A DNA stretch of 50,204 nucleotides from Rhodanobacteraceae bacterium (GTDB lineage: Bacteria > Pseudomonadota > Gammaproteobacteria > Xanthomonadales > Rhodanobacteraceae): contig DATEKI010000280.1 in NCBI GenBank assembly GCA_035277545.1, positions 1-50,204 of the forward strand, given 5' to 3'. Made by a program: the position numbers and the translations under genes. The notes beneath the pieces were generated by a model. That model did no database searches. It was not told the DNA's origin and was given only the letters and a program-made list of their open reading frames with translations. This document shows, piece after piece, positions 33,780-42,475 of this stretch; the first letter of the stretch is position 1; the number at the start of each line of letters is the position of its first letter.

Positions 33780-35621
33780 GTGCAGACGCATTCCTGGCTG
33801 GCATCGGTGCTGGTGTTCCTGGTCGCGGTCGTGATCGCGGTGCCGTTGTCGCGCAAGCTGAAGCTCGGTTCGGTGCTGGGCTACCTTGCGGCCGGCGTGG
33901 TGATCGGGCCGTACGGCCTCAGATGGATCCAGAACCCCGAAGCGATCGCGGGGGTATCGGAACTCGGCGTCGCGCTGCTGCTGTTCGTGATCGGCCTGGA
34001 GCTTTCCCCGCAGCGGCTATGGGTGATGCGGCGCGCGGTGTTCGGTGCGGGCGCATTGCAGGTGGCCGGTTCGGCGCTGGTGATGGCGCTGATCGCGGTG
34101 TTCGGATTCCACTTGAAGCCCGTGACCGCGATCGTGGTCGGCTTGGGCCTCGCGTTTTCATCCACCGCGTTCGGCCTGCAGATCCTTGCGGAGCGGCGCG
34201 AGTTGCAGAGTGCGTACGGCCGGCAGGCATTCGCGATCCTGCTGTTCCAGGATCTGGTGGCGATTCCGCTGATCGCCGCCATCCCCTTGTTGGCCGACCA
34301 TGGCGGCGCACACGCGGCGAACATGCCCTCATGGTTGTCGGCCTTGCGGGTCGCGGGCGTGATCGCCCTGGTCGTGGTGGGCGGACGTTATGCGTTGCGG
34401 CCGATCTTCCGCGCCGTCGCCAGGACGCAGTTGATCGAGGTTTCCACCGCCGTCGCGCTGCTGGTGGTGATGGGCGTGGCGTGGTTGATGCAGCTGGCGG
34501 GGATTTCCATGGCGCTGGGCACCTTCCTGGCCGGCGTCCTGCTGGCCGATTCGGAATACCGCCACGAACTGGAATCGAACATCGCGCCGTTCGAGGGGCT
34601 TTTGCTCGGCCTGTTTTTCATCGCCGTGGGCATGGGCGTGGACCTGCACCTGCTGGAACAGCATCCGTGGCTGGTGGCGGGCCTGGTGATCCTGCTGCTC
34701 GCGTGCAAGGCGCCGGCGCTGGCACTGGTGGGCCGCCTGAACAGGCGCATGACCAACGCCGATGCACTCAAGCTGGTGGCGCTGCTCGCGGGCGGCGGCG
34801 AATTCGCGTTCGTGGTGTTCAAGCTTGCGCGCGAGCAGGGCCTGCTGACGCCGACCCAGCACGGCGTGCTGGTGCTGGTGGTCACGCTGGGGATGGCTGC
34901 GGTGCCGCTGCTGGTGCTGGCGGCCGCGAAACTGCCCGAGCCGAAAACGCCGGTGCGCGAGTACGACACCATCGACACCGGCGCGCCGCGCGTGGTGATC
35001 GCGGGGTTCGGACGCGTCGGCCAGATCGTGGGCCGCTTGTTGCGTGCGCGCGGGATCCCGTTCGTGGCGCTGGAAAGTTCAGTGGAACAGGTCGACCTGT
35101 CGCGCCGTTTCGCCGGCACCGAGATTTTCTTCGGCGATCCCACCCGTGCGGAAATCCTGCGCGCGGCCGGGGCCGGCAAGGCCGATGTGTTCGTGTTGGC
35201 GACCGATGATCCGGACACCAACGTGCGCACCGCGCGGATCGTGCGGCGGATGTTTCCGCATCTCAAGATCGTCGCGCGTGCGCGCAACCGCCAGCACGCG
35301 TTCCGCCTGATGGACTTGACCTCCGACCCCGACGACGTGGTGCGCGAGACGTTCTACTCCAGCCTGAAGATGGCGGTGCTGACGCTGAAGGCGCTGGGCA
35401 TGGACAGGGAACAGGCGCGCGCGATCGTGGAATTATTCCGCGAGCACGACGAAAAGCTGCTGCGCGACCAGCACCTGGTGTACGACGACGACGTCGCGCT
35501 GCGCCAGACCACGCGCGAGGCCTACGAGGAACTGCAGGGCCTGTTCGAAGCCGACACCGCGCAGCGGCGGGAAGAAGCTACTCCGGATGCGTCATCACCG
35601 GTGTCACCACCGGTGCATTGA
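33780..35621 (+). CDS. CPA2-family monovalent cation:proton antiporter with a C-terminal RCK/TrkA-N domain (KefB/KefC-like K+ efflux)
   Basis: The protein has about 12 TM helices, followed by VVIAGFGRVGQIVGRLLRARGIPFVALE (a Rossmann GxGxxG). It uses a GTG start at 33780. Its 3' end overlaps the convergent ankyrin gene by 44 bp. Confidence 0.85.
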   Translation: MQTHSWLASVLVFLVAVVIAVPLSRKLKLGSVLGYLAAGVVIGPYGLRWIQNPEAIAGVSELGVALLLFVIGLELSPQRLWVMRRAVFGAGALQVAGSALVMALIAVFGFHLKPVTAIVVGLGLAFSSTAFGLQILAERRELQSAYGRQAFAILLFQDLVAIPLIAAIPLLADHGGAHAANMPSWLSALRVAGVIALVVVGGRYALRPIFRAVARTQLIEVSTAVALLVVMGVAWLMQLAGISMALGTFLAGVLLADSEYRHELESNIAPFEGLLLGLFFIAVGMGVDLHLLEQHPWLVAGLVILLLACKAPALALVGRLNRRMTNADALKLVALLAGGGEFAFVVFKLAREQGLLTPTQHGVLVLVVTLGMAAVPLLVLAAAKLPEPKTPVREYDTIDTGAPRVVIAGFGRVGQIVGRLLRARGIPFVALESSVEQVDLSRRFAGTEIFFGDPTRAEILRAAGAGKADVFVLATDDPDTNVRTARIVRRMFPHLKIVARARNRQHAFRLMDLTSDPDDVVRETFYSSLKMAVLTLKALGMDREQARAIVELFREHDEKLLRDQHLVYDDDVALRQTTREAYEELQGLFEADTAQRREEATPDASSPVSPPVH

Positions 35622-38600
35622 GCGGCGCGCCACGGCGTGGCGCCAGTTCCATCGCCAGATCGACGTAACCCAGAACGCGCGCGACGTCCGACGGCGTGCG
35701 CTGCATGCAGTCGCGTGCTTCGCGATTGGCGCCGCGCTGCAGCAACACGCGCGCGGGTTCGAAGGTGGCGTGCATTGCGCAGGCGTGCAGCGCGGTGACG
35801 CCGTGTTCGTCGGCGTGGTCGAGGTTCGCGCCCGCGTCCAGCATCGCCGGCAACAGCGCGCCGAGGTGGGTGCCGTCGCAATCGGCGCCGGGCTTGGTTT
35901 GCACGCCGAGCAGGACCAGCAGGGGCGTGGCGCCGCCGCGGTCGGCGGTGTTCACGGGTGCAGGGTCGTGCAGCAGCGCATCCAGCAACCGATGGCAGCG
36001 CAGGCTGTCGCGGCTGTCGAAGCAGAAGCGCGCGGCGGCGTGCAGCGCGGTCTGGCCACGGGCATCGGCGAGGTTGGCCTGTGCACCGAGCTCGCGCAAT
36101 ACCGCGACCATGTCGGGATGACCCAGCGCGGCGGCGATCATAAGGGCCGTCACGTCGTCCGCGTGGCGCAGGTCCACCGGCACGCCCGCGGCAACCAGCG
36201 CGCGCGCGATGTCCGGCTGGCGCGCGCTGACGGCGGCCGACAGCGGCGACGCGCCGGTGTCGACCGTCAGCCTGGGATCGGCGTGCGCGGCCAGCAACCG
36301 CTGCACGCTTTGCAGCGCGCCGGCGCCGCTCGCACGCAGCAGCGCGGTGGCGCCGCGGCTGTCGCGGGCGTCCACGGGCAGGCCGAGTTCCAGCAGGCGT
36401 GCGACGGCATCCGGGTCGGCGGCGGCGGCGGGCAGGTCTTCGTCGCGCAGCGGGCGTTTCGGCAGGGGCCAACCGTTCCAGCGCAGCCAGTGTTCGAGTT
36501 TGGAGGCATCGCGCGCGAGCGCGAGCCCGAGCGGCGTTTCTCCGCTGGCGGCGGGACTTTCCGGATCCGCTCCATGGGCGATGAGCGCTTTCACCAGCGG
36601 CAACACTTCGCCGGGGTTGCCGTCGAGCGCGACATGCAGGGGCGTGGCACCCGCCCGGTCGCGGGCGTTGGGATCGGCGCCGCGCGCGAGCAGCCCACGC
36701 AACACGGGCATCAGGGCCGGGCGGCTGGCGTGGTGCAGCGGCGTGCGGTTGTCTGCATCGACGCCGAACGCATCCGCGCCGCGTTCCAGCATCGCAAGCG
36801 CGAGCGCCGCGCCATCTCCATCATCCAGGCGTGCGAGTGCCCGACCGAACCGTCCCGCGCCCGCAGGCGTGGCACCGGCGTCGAGCAGTTGGCGCACGGC
36901 CGCGTTCGATGCCGGCAGGTGATCGAGCAGCGCGTCGAACAGGCGGTTGCCGTCATCGAGGCGTGACTCGGCGCCGAGCCCGTGTTCCAGCAGCCATGCG
37001 CGCGGCGCGGTGTCGGCGTGATCGGCGAGGTCGAGGTACAACGCGGCGAGTTCGGTGGCAGGCCACGTACGCACACGCTCCTCGAAGCGCGCGACCACGC
37101 TCCAGTGCGCGAAGCGCAGCGCGTCGAGCAAGTGCTGCGGCGTGTCCGCGCCCGGATCGGGTTCGTTGCCGCGCGCATGGCTGGCGGGCAATGCAGCCTC
37201 GGGATCCATCAACGCCACGAGATCCCAGCGCCCGGCGGTGCTGGCCTGGTCGATGGCGTTGCGGCCGTCGCTGCCCTTGCGCGCCGGGTCGGCGCCGAGA
37301 TCCAGCAGCGCACGCACGCATGCCGCGTTCGCGCGCGGCGACTGGCACGCGAGCATCAGCGCGGTGCGGCCGTGTTGGTCGCAGGCGTTCACGTCGGGAT
37401 TTTTTTCCGCGAGCAGGGCGACGACGCCCGCCGCGCCCGCGCGCGCGGCTTCCATCAGGGGCGTGGTGCCGTAGCGGTCGGCCAGCGTCACGTCCGCGTT
37501 CGCGTCCAGCAACACGCGCGTGATCTCGACGTGGTTTTCGCGTGCCGCGTGCAGCAACGCGCTGCGTCCGAGGGCATCGACGGCCGTGGCGCGGCCCTTG
37601 TGCTTGAGCAGGATCCGCACGCCTTCCGGATCGTCGTCGGCAATGCCCGCGGCGGCCGGCACCGCGGCGTCGGCGTGCGCGCCGCGTTCCGCCAAGAAGC
37701 GCAGCACCGGCCAGTTCGCCGCGGCTGCCGCGACCGCGAGTGGCGTCGCCTGTTCGCGGTTGCGCGCTTCCAGCGGTGCCTGCGCGTCGATCAGGATCGC
37801 GGCGACCGCGGGTTCCGCGCACAACGCGGCGTGGTGCAGCGGCGTGTTGCCGTCGGCGTCCGCGCGTGCCGGGTCGGCGCCGTTCGCGATCAGGCTGGTC
37901 ACCATTTCGGGACGGCCTTCGTGGCAGGCGCGCGTGGTCGCCAGGAGCGGCGTCAGGTCGGCGTGCGCGCGATTGACGTCGGCGCCCTTGGCGATGAGGG
38001 CGCGCAGCAAGTGCGTGTCTGGCAGCTCCGCGGCCAGCACCAGTGCGGAACGCTGGTCGCGCGCACCCGCGGGCGGTATCGCGTCGGGATTCGCGCCCTG
38101 CGCCAGCCAGTCCATCGCCGCAGTGATGTTGCCGTCGCGCGCGGCGGTGAGCAGGTTTTCGTCCAGCACGGCCTGCGCGAGCGGGTCGGGCTTTCCGGCT
38201 GCGTTTTCCACGGCGGCGTCGACCGCCCCGGCGGGCACCGCTTCGGAACGCGGGCCATCGTTCGGCGGCGCCGGCTTGGGGCCGGCTGGCGGCGCCGGGG
38301 GCCGTGGCGCGAAGCGCCGCACGCGGCCATCGAACAACAGGCGCAGCGTGCGGTCCGCCACGATCAGCGAACACAACGGCAATACCACCACCGCGAACAG
38401 GAACAACGATGCCGTGCGGATTTCGTCGGGCAGGCTGGCGCCCATGCCCGCCAGGGACAATGCACCGAATGCGACCGCGAGTTGCGCGAGCGAAGCCGGC
38501 AGGAAGTGCGTGAGGAACAAGTCGCGCCCGCGCGTGAGGTGGCGCGCGAAGGCAAGGCTGCGCGCCAGCGCGGCGGTGATCCAGGAATGTTCCTCGCCGG

Positions 38601-39024
38601 CGGGAAATGCGTCGTCCCACGCGAATACCAGACCGAACACCGGCCAGAAACGCCACAACACCAGCAGCGCGATCACCAGCGCGACCGCAAGGCCGAGCGC
38701 CGCCGCCAGGGAAGGCGCCTGCGACAGCACCGTCAACGGCCACGCCACCAGCAGGAACACGATCGCGGTGTGGATCGCCAGCGCGATCAGGTGTGCCGGT
38801 CCGCGCCGCAACGCGGTGCGCAAGAAGGTGTGTTCGCAACCGAAGCCGATCGCATGGCACACGGCGGCCATCGACAGGGACGCGCCGACCAGCAGCAGCA
38901 ACAACGAATAACGTTCCCACGCGGGGGGAATCCAGATCGCGAGGAACACCACGATCAGCGAAGGAAGGAAGCAGGGCAGGGAACGGGACAGCGGTGGCCG
39001 ACGGCGGTACTTGGCTGGTGGCAT
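35578..39024 (-). CDS. Polytopic membrane-anchored ankyrin-repeat protein (1148 aa)
   Basis: The N-terminal ~250 aa contain about 6-7 hydrophobic helices (for example LPSLIVVFLAIWIPPAW and LGLAVALVIALLVLWRFWPVFGLVFAW). A Pro-rich linker (PRPPAPPAGPKPAPP) follows, then about 880 aa of ANK repeats (DADGNTPLHHAALCAEPAVAAILIDAQAPLEARN, DRYGTTPLMEAARAGAAGVVALLAEKNPDVNACD and others). Confidence 0.85.
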   Translation of the reverse strand: MPPAKYRRRPPLSRSLPCFLPSLIVVFLAIWIPPAWERYSLLLLLVGASLSMAAVCHAIGFGCEHTFLRTALRRGPAHLIALAIHTAIVFLLVAWPLTVLSQAPSLAAALGLAVALVIALLVLWRFWPVFGLVFAWDDAFPAGEEHSWITAALARSLAFARHLTRGRDLFLTHFLPASLAQLAVAFGALSLAGMGASLPDEIRTASLFLFAVVVLPLCSLIVADRTLRLLFDGRVRRFAPRPPAPPAGPKPAPPNDGPRSEAVPAGAVDAAVENAAGKPDPLAQAVLDENLLTAARDGNITAAMDWLAQGANPDAIPPAGARDQRSALVLAAELPDTHLLRALIAKGADVNRAHADLTPLLATTRACHEGRPEMVTSLIANGADPARADADGNTPLHHAALCAEPAVAAILIDAQAPLEARNREQATPLAVAAAAANWPVLRFLAERGAHADAAVPAAAGIADDDPEGVRILLKHKGRATAVDALGRSALLHAARENHVEITRVLLDANADVTLADRYGTTPLMEAARAGAAGVVALLAEKNPDVNACDQHGRTALMLACQSPRANAACVRALLDLGADPARKGSDGRNAIDQASTAGRWDLVALMDPEAALPASHARGNEPDPGADTPQHLLDALRFAHWSVVARFEERVRTWPATELAALYLDLADHADTAPRAWLLEHGLGAESRLDDGNRLFDALLDHLPASNAAVRQLLDAGATPAGAGRFGRALARLDDGDGAALALAMLERGADAFGVDADNRTPLHHASRPALMPVLRGLLARGADPNARDRAGATPLHVALDGNPGEVLPLVKALIAHGADPESPAASGETPLGLALARDASKLEHWLRWNGWPLPKRPLRDEDLPAAAADPDAVARLLELGLPVDARDSRGATALLRASGAGALQSVQRLLAAHADPRLTVDTGASPLSAAVSARQPDIARALVAAGVPVDLRHADDVTALMIAAALGHPDMVAVLRELGAQANLADARGQTALHAAARFCFDSRDSLRCHRLLDALLHDPAPVNTADRGGATPLLVLLGVQTKPGADCDGTHLGALLPAMLDAGANLDHADEHGVTALHACAMHATFEPARVLLQRGANREARDCMQRTPSDVARVLGYVDLAMELAPRRGAPLNAPVVTPVMTHPE

Positions 39025-39339
39025 GAGCGCGTTGCGTGCGAGGACGGCCCAGTATAAGGAAAGCGCATGTACGAGAAGTTAGTGCGGGCCGTCCTTGTTC
39101 GCCGCTTCGCGATCGCAACTTTTCGGCCGCGCTGCGCGCAGCGGGCGCGAGCCGCGCAACCGAAAGCCGGGATCGTGGGCCCTTCGATGTCCCGCTTGCC
39201 AAGCCACGGCCACCCCCGGCCCCTCCCGTATCGAGGCCTTGCATCCTCGTCCGGTGCGAACGGAAATCGACGCCGGCACCGCGCTTGATTTACGGACTTG
39301 CGCAGACCCCGCCTTGGTGAGATAGTCGCCATAACAAAA

Positions 39340-39357
39340 TTCATACAAACGTATGAA
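39340..39357. promoter_or_regulatory. Perfect 18-bp palindrome TTCATAC-AAAC-GTATGAA in the AT-richer spacer upstream of fadL
   Basis: It was read directly from the sequence. It lies 83 bp upstream of the fadL ATG, inside a 415-bp divergent intergenic region shared with the ankyrin gene. Confidence 0.4.
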
Positions 39358-39439
39358 AGACCCGAGACGGGCCGATTGCGGCAGGGATTCGGGCGTGCCC
39401 CTTACCGATGCAAAAACCCATTCGACTGGAGATCCATCC

Positions 39440-40801
39440 ATGAGCAAGCATCCGATCACCGCGCCCAGGCTGGCTGGCTTGGCGCTCGCCGCGCTGAGTG
39501 TCGCCGTCACCGGCGCGCTGGTGAGCCCGGTCGCGTCCGCATCCGGCTTCCAGATCAGCGAGAACACCGTGCAGGCGATGGGCCGCGCCTATGCCGGTCG
39601 CGAAGCCGCAGGCAACGACGCCTCCGTGGTGATGAACAACCCTGCCGCGATGGTCGACTTCGACACCTACGCGGTGCAGGTCGATGCCACCGCGATCAAC
39701 GTCAGCACGCAATTCCACGGCAGCGGCACCGATGCCATCGGGCAGCCGCTGTCGGGAGGCGATGGCGGCAACGGCGGTGGCGTGCATGGCGTGCCGGCGA
39801 TCAGCTTCATCGCGCCGATCGCGCAGAATTGGCGGCTCGGCTTCGGCATCAACGCGCCCTTCGGCCTGGCCACCGAATACAACGCGGGCTGGGTGGGCCG
39901 TTACCAGGCCCTCAAGACCAGCGTGAAGTCGATGGACTTCACGGGCTCGGTGGCGTGGGCCATCAGCCCGCAGTTCTCGGTGGGCCTGTCGGTGATCGCG
40001 CAGAAGACCACCATCGACCTCGGCAATGCCGTCAACTTCGGCGCGGTGATGGCGGCGCCTCCGTTCAATCTAGCGCCCACCTTCCTGCCGCAATCGGCGG
40101 ATGGCGCGGTTCGCATCCGCGGTGACAACACGAAGTGGGGCTGGGCGCTCGGTGCGGAGTGGAAGCCGACCACGCAGGACACCCTGGCGCTCTCCTACCA
40201 CGCCAAGATCAACCACCACTTCACGGGCCAGGCCTATTTCACGGTGCCGTCGAGCGTGCAGTTCGTGCTCGCGCAGCCGGGCGTTCCCCCGCTGTTCCAG
40301 AACACCACGGGCAGCGGCCAGTTCGCCACCCCGGCGACCGCCTCGTTGAGCTACTGGCACAAGACGCTCGGCCCGGTTTCGTGGGGCGCGGAAGTGAGCT
40401 GGACCGGCTGGAGCTCGTTCAGCCGCCTCGCCATCGACTTCGCCAACCCCTACCAGCCGGACATCAACCAGTATTACGGCTGGAAGAACACCTGGTTCGG
40501 TTCGGTCGGCATGGATTACCGCTTGAGCGATACCTGGACGCTGCGCGGCGGCCTCGCGTTCGACCAGACCCCGACCCAGGATTTCTCGCGTGATCCGCGT
40601 ATCCCGGACGGCGCGCGCAAGTGGATTTCGGTGGGCGCCGGCTACACGCCGATGCAGAACCTCACGCTCAACATCGGTTACACGCACCTGTTCGTCGACA
40701 ACGGCAACGTCAACGACGTGAGCGCCACCGGCGATCATCTGGTCGGCAGCTTCGACAACTCCGGCGACCTGTTCGGGATTTCGATGCAGTACAAGTTCTG
40801 A
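39440..40801 (+). CDS. fadL: FadL/TodX/OMPP1-family outer-membrane channel for hydrophobic compounds
   Basis: The signal peptide ends SPVASASG. The N-terminal hatch is FQISENTVQAMGRAYAGREAAGNDASVVMNNPAAM, and the C-terminal beta-signal is FGISMQYKF. ATG 39440 has GGAG upstream. Confidence 0.85.
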   Translation: MSKHPITAPRLAGLALAALSVAVTGALVSPVASASGFQISENTVQAMGRAYAGREAAGNDASVVMNNPAAMVDFDTYAVQVDATAINVSTQFHGSGTDAIGQPLSGGDGGNGGGVHGVPAISFIAPIAQNWRLGFGINAPFGLATEYNAGWVGRYQALKTSVKSMDFTGSVAWAISPQFSVGLSVIAQKTTIDLGNAVNFGAVMAAPPFNLAPTFLPQSADGAVRIRGDNTKWGWALGAEWKPTTQDTLALSYHAKINHHFTGQAYFTVPSSVQFVLAQPGVPPLFQNTTGSGQFATPATASLSYWHKTLGPVSWGAEVSWTGWSSFSRLAIDFANPYQPDINQYYGWKNTWFGSVGMDYRLSDTWTLRGGLAFDQTPTQDFSRDPRIPDGARKWISVGAGYTPMQNLTLNIGYTHLFVDNGNVNDVSATGDHLVGSFDNSGDLFGISMQYKF

Positions 40802-40814
40802 CGGGCATCGCCTT

Positions 40815-40914
40815 CACCCTCTTCGAAACGAAGGGGGTCGCTGCGAAGCAGCGGGGATGCGCGCTCGCGTGAGAATGCCGTCCCCCTCGTTCCCCCTTCC
40901 TCCGGAAGGGGGTG
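40815..40914. repeat. Composite REP-like element of about 100 bp, copy 1
   Basis: It contains the hairpins CTTCG-AAA-CGAAG(GGGG) and CCCCCTTCC-TCC-GGAAGGGGG (40892-40912). It is collinear with copy 2 at 43713-43812; the 38-nt cores GCCGTCCCCCTCGTTCCCCCTTCCTCCGGAAGGGGGTG and GCCATCCCCCTCGGTCCCCCTTCCCGCGGAAGGGGGAG differ at about 5 positions. Confidence 0.55.
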
Positions 40915-40937
40915 TGCATGTGAAGCGTGTTCCACGA

Positions 40938-40962
40938 CCCCGCCTTCCGGCGGGGTTTTTTT
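40938..40962 (+). terminator. Rho-independent terminator downstream of fadL
   Basis: CCCCGCC-TTCC-GGCGGGG is followed by TTTTTTT (40956-40962). Confidence 0.75.
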
Positions 40963-40985
40963 GTGGCGTCCGGAGACGTCCGCAA

Positions 40986-41001
40986 GGTGTCCGCGGACAC
41001 C
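40986..41001. promoter_or_regulatory. Perfect 16-bp palindrome GGTGTCCGCGGACACC upstream of the permease array
   Basis: It was read directly from the sequence. It lies 163 bp upstream of the first permease ATG. Related GTCCGGA motifs occur at about 40969 and about 41048. With only two central unpaired bases it is better suited to binding a dimeric protein than to forming an RNA hairpin. Confidence 0.35.
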
Positions 41002-41163
41002 CCTCGTGGCGATCGTTCCGCTGCAAGCGCTTGATTGCGGGCGCGTTGTCCGGATGACGCGCGTGGCATGCCGGATGCAATCAAGACGCAGGAGCCAGCG
41101 AGCCGTGCGGCAGCGTCGCGTCGTTCCACGCAGCGCACGCTCGACACCTTCACGGAGAATGGG

Positions 41164-42474
41164 ATGTTCGGCTACTACCTTGATCTCGCGGTACACAGCC
41201 TGAAGCGCAACCGGGTGCTGACCGCGCTGATGATGCTGGCGCTGGCGGTCGGCATCGGCGCGAGCATGACCACGCTGACGGTGCTGCACGTGCTGTCGGG
41301 TGATCCGCTGCCCGGCAAGAGCGGCGAACTGTACTACCCGCAGATCGATCCACAGGACGCGCGCGGGATGATGCCCGGCACGCTGCCGCCGGAGCAGGTC
41401 ACCCTGATCGACGGCATGAACCTGCTGCGCGCGAAGCGCGCGGACCGTCAGGCGTTGATGGAGGGCGGCGCGGTGCCGATCCAGCCGGAATCCTCGTCAC
41501 TCGATCCGTTCTACGTGGAAGCGCGCTACACCAGCGCGGATTTCTTCGCGATGTTCGATGCGCCGTTCCTGTACGGCCACGGCTGGACCACCGCCGGCGA
41601 CGAGGCGCATGCGCGCGACGTGGTCATCACGCGCAAGCTCGACGACAGGTTGTTCAACGGCGCCGACAGCACGGGGCGCACGCTGCGCATCGGCGGTACC
41701 ACGTTCCGCATCGTCGGCGTGCTCGACACCTGGCATCCCAATCCGCATTTCTATGACATCGACACCGGCGCTTACGACTACTACGAAGAGGTGTTCCTGC
41801 CGTTGCAGACCGCACTGGAACTGCATTACGACCGCAACGGGTCGGTCGATTGCTGGGGCAACGGCACCGGCGGCGTGGAGGGCACGTCCTACCCGTCGGC
41901 GACATGCGCGTGGCTGCAGTTCTGGGTGGAACTGGACAGCCCGGCGAAAGCGGCGGCGTACAAACAGTTCCTGATCCACTACTCGGAAGAGCAAAAGACG
42001 CTCGGTCGCTTCGTGCGCGGGCCGAACGTGCGCCTCGACGACCTCACGCAGTGGCTCGATTACAACGGCGTGGTGCCGAGCGACGTGCGCCTGCAGGCGT
42101 GGCTCGCGTTCGGCTTCCTGCTGGTGTGCCTGGCCAACACGGTCGGCCTGATGCTGGCGAAGTTCCTGCGCCGTTCAAGCGAGTTGAGCGTGCGGCGCGC
42201 ACTGGGCGCGTCACGGCGCGCGTTGTTCGCGCAGTTGCTGATCGAGTCCGGCGTGGTCGGGCTGGCCGGCGGCCTTGGCGGCCTGCTGCTCGCGCTGCTC
42301 GGATTGTGGATGGTCCGGCACCGCTCCACCGACTACGCATCGTTGGCGCACCTCGATCCCGCGATGTTGCTGGTCACGTTCGCGCTCGCGCTTTGCGCCA
42401 GCCTGCTGGCCGGAATCCTGCCCGCATGGCGTGCCTGCAACGTTTCGCCGGCCCTGTTGATCAAGAGCAACTGA
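41164..42474 (+). CDS. FtsX/MacB-type ABC permease, type A, copy 1 (436 aa)
   Basis: MFGYYLDLAVHSLKRNRVLTALMMLALAVGIGASM contains TM1. An extracytoplasmic domain of about 280 aa follows, then three TM helices with the coupling-helix motif ELSVRRALGASRRALF. The internal ATG 41164 is chosen over the ORF start at 41035. Confidence 0.85.
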   Translation: MFGYYLDLAVHSLKRNRVLTALMMLALAVGIGASMTTLTVLHVLSGDPLPGKSGELYYPQIDPQDARGMMPGTLPPEQVTLIDGMNLLRAKRADRQALMEGGAVPIQPESSSLDPFYVEARYTSADFFAMFDAPFLYGHGWTTAGDEAHARDVVITRKLDDRLFNGADSTGRTLRIGGTTFRIVGVLDTWHPNPHFYDIDTGAYDYYEEVFLPLQTALELHYDRNGSVDCWGNGTGGVEGTSYPSATCAWLQFWVELDSPAKAAAYKQFLIHYSEEQKTLGRFVRGPNVRLDDLTQWLDYNGVVPSDVRLQAWLAFGFLLVCLANTVGLMLAKFLRRSSELSVRRALGASRRALFAQLLIESGVVGLAGGLGGLLLALLGLWMVRHRSTDYASLAHLDPAMLLVTFALALCASLLAGILPAWRACNVSPALLIKSN

Positions 42475-42475
42475 C

